Assembly (NCBI GenBank): GCA_038087875.1
Contig: CM075999.1
Coordinates: forward strand, 3,722,001 to 3,786,000
Reading direction: 5' to 3'
DNA from: Malacoraja senta
Lineage: Eukaryota
DNA length: 64,000 nt
Shown here piece by piece: positions 41,601 to 53,600 of the stretch (the first letter of the stretch is position 1; every line of letters starts with the position of its first letter). The notes beneath the pieces were generated by a model. That model did no database searches. It had not been told where the DNA came from and was given only the letters and a program-made list of their open reading frames with translations. A program made the position numbers and the translations under genes.

Positions 41601-44600
41601 TGGGCTGAATGGCCTAATTCTCATCCTATCACCTATGAATTGATGTTTTTGGTCATCAGTAAATTAATTTCCTTCCAAGTGCAAAGCTTTATCGCACGAC
41701 CCCCCCTGCCAGCTCAACATTTATCTGCTGAGTCAGCTTTAGATTTCTAGCTGCAGGGTAGAAACATTGGAGAAGCATCAGTCATTGTGTCAAAGTGCAT
41801 GTGCTGGAAATAGGCATGTTTGCAATGCAGCTCTGGGAGTCTTGCTTCAGAGATAAGTTGTGGGAACTGCTGCAACAGCAAATCTATGTGGTCATTTAGT
41901 AATGAGCACATGAATTTTGAAGAACAATCATGAGACTGGATTCGGGGAAATTAAATGTTTTGCAATGTTATCTTGCGGTTTGAGTCTGAATAGGACTTGT
42001 TTTGTAATGTGGACACAAAATGCTGGAGTAACTCAGTGGGTGAGGCAGCATCTCAGGAGAGAAGGAATGGGCAATGTTTCGGGTCGAGACCCTTCTTCAG
42101 ACTGATGTCAGGAGAGGAGGCGGGACAAAGATAGAATGTAGCCGGAGACAGTAAGATTAGTGGGAGAAGTGGGAGAGACAAAAGCAAGGGCTATCTGCAG
42201 TTAGAGAAGTCAATGTTCAAACCGCTGGGGTGTAAACTACCCAAGCAAAATATAAGGTTCTGTTCCTCCAATTTGCACTGGGCCTCACTCTGACAATGGA
42301 GGAGGCCCAGGACAGAAAGGTCAGATTGGGAATGGGAGGAGGAGTTGAAGTGCTGGGCCACCGGGAGATCAGGTAGGTTAAGACAGACTGAGCGGAGGTG
42401 TTCATTGTTTTCCAATGTTGCTTTTACATCTCACTTGTAAGTTAGGTGGAAAATTGTTGCCTCTGATGACTGAGCATTTTCCCTTGTGAACCAAGAATGT
42501 ACATAAGCATAAAACCAGCTCCAACACATAGGTCCAGTTTATATCAAGTCTAATAGAGAACTGCATGGGTTACCTCCCACATCACAAGGTATGCTGCTTT
42601 ACTTTAGTTTAGGAATACAGCACAGAAACAGGCCCTTCAGCCCACTGAGTCCATGCCGAACAGCGATCCCCGCACACTAACACTATCCTACGCACACGAG
42701 GGACAATTTACATTTATACCAAGCCAATTAACCTACAAACCTGTTTATCCTTGGAGTGTGGGAGGAAACCGGAGCACCCGGAGAAAAACCACGCAGGTCA
42801 CGGGAGAACGTACAAACTCTGTACAAACAGCACCCATAGTCAGGATGGAACCCGGGTCTCTGGCGCTGTGAGGCAGCAGGCACTACCCACTGCGCCACCG
42901 TGCCGATGTTGGAACACAGGTTGAAGGAGCATCATGTGGAGGGGAGAGGTTGACGGGCGCGGTCCTGCAAGAGTAATAGTCACAGGGAATGGGTATGGGT
43001 CGATGGAGTTCCTCTGAGAGTTGGCATGGGTTTGGTGGGATTTGCACTTTCTACATTGTAAGCGATCCTACTTTCATTAATCTGCCATTAAATCGATTCA
43101 AGGTTGATTCATTGATTTAAAAGGAACATCAGCGAACAATAGCCCACATTTGGCCACAATGGCGACCCAAAGCTTGGCTCAGGAACTAGCCTTTGAGAAC
43201 CAAGCTAGGAAGGAGAGGTTTAGGAAGAAGCTTCCAGAGCTCGGAGTCAAGGACACATGGAAGTGTTTTAAATGGATGCTAAGTGGCCATTTTGCCCACA
43301 GGGGTCCATACTAATCCAGCACAGGAGTCCCATTCCTCTTTCCCTTATTTCCCAGTCAATTCTACAACATCTCTCGAATGTCCAGCAAGGCCTTCTTTGC
43401 TTCTTTTACCATTTCACCCACCCTCGAGGAACATGTACACTGCCCGTTTGATCTACCAACTGCATGTCTGTGGGATGTGGGAGGAACCCGGGGGAAATCC
43501 ACGCGGTCACAGGGAGAATGAAAAGTTTTGAACAGGTAACACCAGAGGTCAGGATTGAACCCTGGTCCCTGGGACTGTGAGAAAGCTACATTACCTGTTG
43601 ATACACACAAAAGAATTGAAGTAACTCGGCGAGTTAGACAGCATCTCGAGACGAGGAACAGTTGACCTTCCGGGTCGAGACCCTTCTTCGGTTTTGAGTC
43701 TGATGAAGGGTCTCGACCCAAAGCTTCCTACAGGATTGTAGGTTAATTGGCTTCAGTAATATTGTAAATTGTCCCTACTGTATAGGAGAGTGCTAGTGTA
43801 CGGGGTGGTCACTGGTTGGCTTGAACTCAGTGGGCCGAAGGGCCTGTTCCTGTGCTGTATCTCAAAAGTGCAAACACACACTTCTATTATTTCCAGGAAC
43901 ATTTTAAGTCAGGGTTCCCAATTCACAGACTTGTTGCATCTTGGTAACATGGGGAGGAAGGTACAGGAGCCTGAAAGCTGTGACCTCCAGGTTCAAGGAC
44001 AGCTCGACATATTCCATCCACGACCTGTTGCTCTGGCATGTAGTGTGGCCTGTGGCTTACTTTGACAATTAAATCCGTTTATCTACTGTGGTTAAATGTT
44101 GCGTTCCCTGCTTGCAGGAGTTCTGTCGCTGCCCTATACCGAGATTGAAGAACCATTTGAAGCTTGGTACAACCTGTCGGGAAATGTCAGTCGTATCGAG
44201 TACTATAATGGTACGGTTTACTCTCTGTAAATTACTGTAAATCAACACACTGATATTTCAGTCAGTGAGGTAGACAAAAGTGCTGGAGAAACTCAGCGGG
44301 TGAGGCAGCATCTATGGAGCGAAGGAATAGGTGACGTTTCGACTCGAGACCCGAAACGTCACCTATTCCTTCGCTCCATAGATGCTGCCTCACCCGCTGA
44401 GTTTCTCCAGCACTTTTGTCTACCTTCGATTTTTCCAGCATCTGCAGTTCTTTCTTAAACATTTCAGTCAATGAGAGTTTGTTTGTATTAAAATATATTT
44501 TATAATTGTGTTGGCTCGGGTTTCTGCCATAGGTGGGAAGCCTTTTTTAGGTAGTTTATGGCCTGTTGATAATGGACTGAGCTTGTGGTGCTTTGTCATT

Positions 44601-47600
44601 TAGCATTGCCCCAAAATAGCATTGGAGAAACAGCACCTTGCATTTCACTTGGGCCGCTTCCAACCCAGTGGTATGAATATTAATTTATCTAACTTCAAGT
44701 AACCCCTGCTTTCCCTCTCTCTCTCCATCCCTCCCCCACACTAGTTCTCCTCCGCTAACAATGAACCATTCTAAATTTCCTTGATCACCATCTGCTTTGA
44801 CCTTTCATTGTCACACCTTGCCCTTCCATATCCCTAGTCCCCCTCTCCCCTGACTCTTAGTCTGAAGAAGGGTCCCCTACTGAACGCATTTGACAACTTC
44901 ATTTTGAATTTCATTTTGAACAATTTCATTTTGAATTTGTCAATTAAGTTGACATTTTCATTCATTTGACAATTTCAATTTTCAATTCCAATTTCATTTG
45001 CAATGTCACAGGTCAGGTTGTAACACTACAGTACGCGTTTGAAAAGCCGGCTGGAAAAAGCTACAAAATCTCCCCGGAAACCACGGAAACCGAGATCAAC
45101 GTTATCAAATGTTTCCAAGTAAACGGTACCGCTGATGATCCCATCGTTCCACAGTCCGTATTTCCCAACTTGGAAGGATTTCAGGTAAGGAGATGATTGT
45201 AGACTGAGGCTGAGGAGTGATTTGGAATGGAGTTACGGAGTGGCACTGGGAAGTTCTGGATTTGATATCTAACCATGCATTCAATTCACAGTACCTCTCA
45301 GATAGAGATAGATCAGCCATGATTGAATGGTGGAGTAGACTTGATGGGCCAAATGGCCTAATTCTGCTCCTATCACTGATGACCTGATGGATACGTGACT
45401 CCCTTTCACTGTGTTAATTTTGTACATCTAGCTTTTGTTGAAGATGGTTGATTGATTGATACTTTATTACCACATGTGACATGTCACAGGGAGATTCTTT
45501 GTTTGTGTACCATGCACAAAGTATGCAATTGACACAGGAGATTGCAGGTGCTGGAGTGTGGAGCAAAACACAAAGTGTTGGAGGAACACGGTGGGTCAGG
45601 CAGCCTCTGTGGAGAGAATGGACAAACAACATTTCAAGTCTGAAGAACGGTCCTGACCCAAAACATTTTTGGTCCATTCCCTCCAGATACTGCTGAGTTT
45701 CTCCAGCACTTTGTGTCCTTTTGTATATCAACCAGCGCCTGCAGTTCTTTCTTTCTACACTTTACTCAAGTTTGTAAGTTCTAGGAGCAGAATTAGGCCA
45801 TTCGACCCATCTTCATCTCGGCCATTCACTCATGGCTGATCTATCTTTCCCTCTCAACACCATTCTCCTGCCTTCTCCTCATAACCCCTAACACCCGTAC
45901 TAATCAAGAATCTGTCAATCTCCATCTTAAAAATACCCATTGACTTGGCCTCCACAGCCTTCTGTGGCAATGAATTCCACAGATTCACCACCATCTGACG
46001 AAATAAATTCCACCTCATCTCCTTTCTAAAGATACATCCTTTTATTCTGAGGCTATGGCCTCTGGTCCTAAACTCTCTCACTAGTGGAAAATCCTCTTCA
46101 CATCCATTCTATCCAGGCCTTTCATTATACCCTTAAGTTTCAATGAAGTTCCTCTCAAGATTCCAGTTACCAGTCTCTGGATTTTATAAGTACTCCAAAT
46201 GCTTTTAATTCCCTGTTTTGGATGCTGCACAGTAATACAGTTTATCAATAAATCAGTTTAAAGGGAGGACAGAAAACTGAAGCTGAGCCGCTGGGGAAAA
46301 TCGAACAGTGGATCATTGGAGTTTCACTATATTTAGCGGGATGAATCCTGGGAATAACTTCCTCTCCGATGGTCAATGATCTTCAGCAGCTCCAGCGGAA
46401 TCTGCATCGGGGATTACCAGATGGCCTTTAGCCAAAGAAGAAAAATCAGAACCTCATTTAAAATGTTCCTCATATTTTAGCTGGTAAAGCAAGAGGACTG
46501 GAAGGGGCGGCGCTGCGATGTGTGGCAGCAAGTCGTGTTTGAGGAGAAGAAGAAGAACACATACACCTTGTGGGTGGCCAACTCCACCAACGGCCCTGTC
46601 CCTGTCCACTACCAAATGAAGGGGTACAACACACTGTTTGCCTCACACTATGACAAGTATGAAGTCGACTACAAAGACCTGGACCGGAATGTGGACCCGA
46701 GCATTTTCAAACTTCCTAAAGGTAAGACATCTGCTGGGTAGTTTAGCTTAGCTTAGCTTAGTTTAGCGATACAGTGCGGAACCAGACCCTTTGGCCCACC
46801 GAGTCAGGGCTGACCAGTGATCCCCATACACTAACACTATCCTACGCACACTAGGGACAATTTACCAAAGCCAATTAGCTTACAAACCTGCTGTTCTACA
46901 GCCTAAGTGATCAACACCATATACGATGATATTTGTTTGCTGCTTTAGCTTCTGAAAGAGGGCTAGGATAGAATAGTAATCATGGGACTGCTGGATTGTT
47001 GTGTGAAACACATTGTGGTAATACGAATATTACTGCTCCTCCAGTCTGAAGAAGGGTCTCGACCCGAAACGTCGCCTACTCCTTTTCTCCATAGATGCTG
47101 CCTCACCCGCTGAGTTTCTCCAGCATTCTTTGTCTATTGTACCTTAATTGGTACATGTGACAATAAAAGACCTTTGAAACCCTTTGAAACACAAACGCAA
47201 AATGCTCAGCTGGTCAGCACAGTGGTGCAGTGGGTAGAGATGCTGCCTTACAGCACCAGAGACCCGGGTTTGATCCTGACTACGGGTGCTGTCTGTACAG
47301 AGTTTGTACATTCTCCCCGTGACCTGCGTGGGTTTCCTCTGGGTGCTCCGGTTTCCACCCACATTCCGAAGACGTGCATTGGTTGTGTCATTTGTCCCTC
47401 ATCTGTGTAGGATGCCGCTTGTGTACGGGGTGATTGTTGTTCGGTGAGGACTCAGGGGGCTGAAGGGCCTGTTTCCACGCTGCATCTCTAAACTAAACTA
47501 AACTAACGTGGAGTGAGATTTAATGTTGCAGATCGATTGCCTTTACTCAGAACCTGGAAAAGTTAGAAATAAGTTTTAAATTGCAGAGAAAGGGAAGGGT

Positions 47601-50600
47601 TGGAGAGAACAAGGGGGTAATCTGTGAGAGGTGGATAAAAAACATTTGGTGTACTGATGTCCTTTAGGGAAGGGAATCTGTGTCCTCCCCAGTCTGCGTA
47701 GACCCAGAGTAATATAAATTGCCCGTTAGACAAACAAACCACTGCCTTTGGGAGTAATTGGGGAAGGGCAATAAGGGATGGCATGCCTGTGACACACACA
47801 TTCTCGGAATTAAACATTTAGAGATACAGAGATACTTTAAACTTTTAGACTTTCGAGATAGTGAGGAAACAGGCACTTTAGGCTGCGATTGCCCGTATAC
47901 TAGCACTATCCTACACACACTCAGGACAATTTACAATTTACAGAAGCCAATTAAACTACAAGCCCACACATCTTTGGAGTGTGGGAGGAAACCAGAGCTC
48001 TCGGGGAAAACCCACGTAGACACGTGGAGGACGTACAAACTCCGTACAGACAGCTCCCGTAGTCAGGATCGAACCGGGTCTCTGGCGCTGTGAAGCAGCA
48101 ACTCTACCGCTGCATCACCCAAAGAACTCGGCTCCGCCAGGTTTCGAACCCAGAACCTTCAACCATTACAAGTCCAAAGCACCATCCATTCCAGCACAGA
48201 CCCCCTCATTTTACGCGACTATTGGATAAGGACCCGTTTTTAAGCTAAATTCACATCTAGCAATGATGTGTCGGAAGGAATTGCAGATGCTGGTTTAGAT
48301 CAATGATAGACACAAAGTGCTGGAGTAACTCAGCGGGTCAGGCAGCATCTCTGGAGAAATGGAATAAGTGACGTTTCAGGTCGAGACCGTTCTTCAGCAA
48401 TGATGCACGGTACCGGGAGACTTTGGTTGTAATAATGTTTTAATTTTCCAGGCATGTCTTGTGAGAACTTCCCTGGTCCTGGGGTAGAACACAGAATCCT
48501 GGCCAACCCCATTGAAGATTTGGTCAGCATGGACAATGGAGACAGGGCTCATAATTTCTTCCAGCAGTACAAGGAGAAGTTTGGGAGGGAGTACCTGGAA
48601 AGTGATGTAGAGCATGAGGTTAGAAAGACCACCTTCACACACAACATGAGGTAAAGTTGCTCCTCATTATACATTACCAAATATATCACTCTTTGTTTAG
48701 CCTTTGTTTCAGAGATCTACGTCAGAGCAGATTGGGTGTAGTGCTACAATTTGCCAAGCTATCGACAGTAGTGTGTAAGGAGGAACTGTAGAAGACAGAC
48801 ACAAAGGCTGGAGTAACTCAGCGGGTCAGGCAGCATCTGTGGAAAACATGGATAGGTGGCCTACCCCTTATTCTTAAACTGTTACCGCTGGTTCTGGACT
48901 CCCCCAACATCGGGGACATTTTTCCTGCATCTAGCCTGTCAAATCGCTTAATTTTAACATGTTTCTATAAGATCCCCTCTCATGCTTCTAAATTCCAGTG
49001 AATATAAGCCCAATCGACCCATTCTTTAATGGAGAAAGTAACACAGAACTATTGCCATTAGACTTTGGGAGCACCTTCACCAGAAGGATGAGATAAATCA
49101 GGAAGGTGACTCACCTCCACCTTCTCTAGGGAAACTGGAAATGAGCAATGAATGCTGGCCTTGATGGCAATGGCCCAATCCCAGAAATTAACCAATCAAT
49201 TACAAAATCCATAATTGAAAGAAGAGCAGGTGTCCTCTTGGTGTTGGAGCCAGGTTCTTTATATTCACTTTCTCTGAGTATTATTGAAAACCAATGCTCT
49301 TCATTTTTCATTCAGGTGGAATCTTTAAACTTAATATTAGTAGGTCATGCACATGACGACAGCTGATAGTTGTCTCGGTGTGTCATGTGTACCGAGGTAC
49401 AGTGAAAAGCTTTTTTGTTGCGTGCTATCCAATCCGCAGAAAGCCTGTACAATCGAGCCGTCCACAATGTACAGATACAGGATAAAGGGAATAACCTGTA
49501 GTGCAAGATAAAGTCTAGTAAAGTTAGATCAAACATAGTCGGGTCTCCAATGAGATAGATGGGAGGTCTGGACTGCTCTCTAGTTGGTGATAGGACGGTT
49601 CAGTTGCCTGATAATAGCTGGGAAGAAATTGTCCCTGAATCTGGAGGTGTGCGTTTTCACACTTCTGTACCTCTTGCCCGATGGGAGAGGGGAGAAGAGT
49701 GAGACTCACCCTTGATCATGCTGGTGGCCTTGGCCAAGCAAGATGTATTGAGATTAAATCGATCAACTTTGCCTCTTGATCAGATGAGTGCAAGAAAACA
49801 TAATTGATTTGATAAATAAAACTAACTTGAGTCGGACTTCCAGCTATCAAATAGTTTTACCTAAAATCTGTATTTTCTTTCCAGGTATGTCCATTCCATG
49901 AATCGCCAAAACCTGACCTTCAAACTGGCAATCAACCACTTTGCTGACAGGACTGGAGATGAGATGACTGTTATCAGGGGAAGGTTGAAGAGAACCACAC
50001 CGAACACAGGGCAGCCCTTCCCCGCACTCCAATACCAATACGTACAGCTGCCTCCCAGCATAGATTGGAGACTGTATGGTATGTATCTACCTGAGCCCCG
50101 CACAGGTGGGCTCGCACAGGTGCATCCGCCAGAGCCCCGCAGAGCTGGATTCACCTGAGCCCCGCATATCACAGGTGTAGGCTTCCAAGATGGCGCCCAA
50201 TCTAGGCGACTATTTGCAAGCTAGCCATTGAGGCAAATCTATAATCGCGTATTACATTCGCTCCACGTCTTTAAATCTCTACTCCTACAGCAACATTTCT
50301 TGAAGGTTATTCCAATAGACAATACGTGCAGGAGTAGGCCATTCAATGTGATCATGGCTGATCATCCCCAATCAATACCCTTTTCCTGCCTTCTCCCCAT
50401 ATCCCCTGACTCCGCTATCTTTAAGAGCCCTATCTAGCTCTCTCTTGAAAGAATCCAGAGAACCGACCTCCACTGCCCGGCAGAGAATTCCACAGACTCA
50501 CAACTCTCTGTGTGAAGAAGTGTTTCCTCGTCTCCGTTCTAAATGGCTTACCCCTTATTCTTAATGGCTTATTCCCTCATCATGTGCACTGTGAATGGCT

Positions 50601-53600
50601 CGATTTCCATTCTGCTGATTGGATAGCACGCAACAAAAGCTTTTCACTGTACCTTGGTACACGTGACAATAAACTAAACTGAAACTCAAACCGAATTGGA
50701 TGGTATGTAACTTCCTGAGCCCCGCACATAATAATGAACTAAACTAAAGCAGTAAAAGCAGTTTATTATGTGGGATGGTGATATTCTGGCAATGACAGAC
50801 ATGCTGCTAATGGAAAGAGTTGTCAATTTGTCTGGAAATGTATTTAGGAAAGGAAGAAGGAAGGGACTTGCTCAAACTGGATGTTGCAATGTTGGGGGGA
50901 GGATTTCCTAGATTTGTTCAGATGCAACCTACTTGGTTATGGTTAGTTTTTCTATAGGAGAGTTGCCGTCTACCGGGCGGCACAGTGGCGCAGTGCCAGA
51001 CACTCTGGTTCAATCCTGACTACGGGTGCTGTCTGTACGGAGTTTGTACGTTCTCTCCGTGACCTGCGTGGGTTTTCTCCGGGCGCTTCTGTTTCCTCCC
51101 ACACTCCAAAGACGTGCAGGTTTGTAGGTTAATTGGCTTGGTAGAATTGTAAATTGTCCCCAGTGTGTGTGCAGGATAGTATTAGTGTGCGGGGATCGAT
51201 GGTCGGCACGGAGTCAGTGGGCCGAAAGGTCTATTTCCGCACTGTATCTCTAAACTAAACTGAATGATAATGATGTGCTTGTTGTATCTCCGCAGGTGCT
51301 GTGACCCCGGTGAAAGATCAGGCCGTCTGTGGCTCGTGCTGGAGTTTCAGCAGCACGGGTGCAGTAGAAGGGGCATTCTTCCTGAAGGCAAGTGATGGTC
51401 ATCATGAAAATATCTCCTTGGGTTGTCCCTGGGAACGGGGGGGGGGGGGGGGTGTCTCGCTTCCACTCCAGTTCTGAAGGGCCGAATGGACTCTGCCTTG
51501 GGTGTGGCAGCTGTGGTTGATAGGGTTGTGCGTTCTAACACTGCATCACTTTGATGGGGGAGAAACCTAATTACCGAAATTTACCGAACAGTGAAAGGCC
51601 TGGATAGAGTGGATGCGGAGAGGATGTTTCCACTAGTGGGAGAGTCTAGGACCAGAGGCCATGGCCTCAGAATAGAAGGACATACCTTTAGAAAGGAGAT
51701 GAGAAGGAATTCTTTGCCACCTTTAATTGGAATTCATTCATTAAATCCATCCATCCATTAAAAGGTATTGGAATGAAGATATTACCTTATCTGTTAATTT
51801 GTTAAGCTGCTTTTCGGATTATCCTTTTGATACCTGTTAAGGTATTAAAAAAATGATCTTGAAAGCTGTTTAACAAATCGTCCTTGCATATAAATAATGA
51901 TTTACCTGGATATCCCAGCTTGTTACTACTTGATGTAGGGATATGTAAAACTAAATCCCTGAAATACATTAATTTAGGCTTTATTATGGTAAAAATTATT
52001 GGAGAGAAGATCTCCTTGGTCATCGGGAAGAGCCAGCAGACATTGTGTGAACTAAACTGCAGCAGTGGTTACACACACTCAAATATACTTCACCGCTCTG
52101 GCATAATTTGAAATCCCCTGAGGACCTGAATCCAAGTTTTCATTTATGATGGAAAATAAAGATTAGTTTTGTTTAGAGAGACAGCATGGAAACAGGCCTT
52201 CAGTCCACCCCGACCAGCAATCACCTCTACACTAATTCAATCCTACACACTAGAGACAATTTACTGAGGCCAATTAACCTACAGACCTGCACATCTTTGG
52301 AATGTGGGAGGAAACTGGAGAACCCAGAGAAAACCCACGCGGTCACGGGAAGAACGTACGAACTCCGTAAAGACAGCACCCCGTAGTTGGGATCAAACCC
52401 AGGTCTCTGGTGCTGTGAGGCGGCAACTCTACCTCTGCGCCACCCCTGTGCCGTGTGGTTGAGTTGCTATTTTTGTGATCACTGATACGTTTGCTGTAAG
52501 CTGCACCTTACACTCACACTGTTTGTGCCTGCAGACAGGATATTTGATCTCTCTGTCACAACAGATGTTGATGGATTGTTCCTGGGGATTTGGAAACAAT
52601 GCTTGTGATGGAGGAGAGGAATGGCGAGCATTTGAATGGATCCTGAAACATGGTGGCATTTCAACCACAGAGTCGTACGGTTCTTACTTGGGACAGGTCA
52701 GTTTCAAGAGGTGACCTGCTGAGATGCGTTTTCTTCCAGGTCGGATTGCTTCCCAACTCGAAACTGCATTTGACCATTGGGAAATCATATTGGTGATTTG
52801 GTCTGAACTAACTGTTAGTAATCATGCTAAACAGAAATTATGTTTATGGAAAAGATTTGCACTTGTACTTAATATTGATAAGCAAGGGTTTTGGGAGAAA
52901 TTCTGAGCTTATTTTAGCTTCAAGATCCTAAATAGTCATACAATTATTACAAAGAATTGTGGGAAAGAACTGCAGACGCTGGTGTAAATCGAAGGTAGAC
53001 ACAAAATGCTGGAGTCACTCAACAGGACAGGCAGCATCTCTGGAGAGAAGGAACGGGTGACGTTTCAGGTCGAGACCCTTCTTCAGACAACTTTGTTGTC
53101 CAGAAATCAACACTAATCAGTTAATAAAATAGACAGAGAAATAGCAGATGGAATATAATCCTGAAAAAGGTGGGGTGTTACACTTTAGCTGGAGTAACTC
53201 AGCGGGACAGGCAGCATCTCTGGAGAGAAGGAATGAGTGACATTTCAACAGGTCAACACGATGAAGGTAGGCCCCTAGGAAGCACCGGGACACAGAGGAC
53301 CTTGCTGTACTTGTCAACGAACCCTGAAGGTGGCAGTGTAGATAGATAAGGCAATGAAGAAGGCCAGTGAGGAGCTTGCCTCAGTTAGCTGGGGCACCGT
53401 ATATGAGCACTGAGGTTCATGAAACTGCAGCTTTCATGAAACATTAGCTAGGCTATCAGGTGATTCTTTGGGATATTGAGCACTGGAGGAACTCGGCATG
53501 TCAGGCAGCATCCATGGGGGAAATGGACAGGCGATATTAGAGGTCGGGTCTCTTCAACAGACTGAAGGTGAAGAAAGTGGCTGCTGGATGTTGGTGAGTG

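Noticed and set aside
46288..46398. Imperfect inverted repeats (CCGCTGG/CCAGCGG, GATCATTG/CAATGATC)
   Set aside because: Arms are short and interrupted; compatible with chance or a decayed MITE.
50091..50166. GAGCCCCGCA repeats resembling the family-2 ribozyme start
   Set aside because: No P2/P3/L3/CGAA arrangement could be built.
51760..52010. Possible L1 ORF2 remnant
   Set aside because: Resemblance too weak to call by eye.
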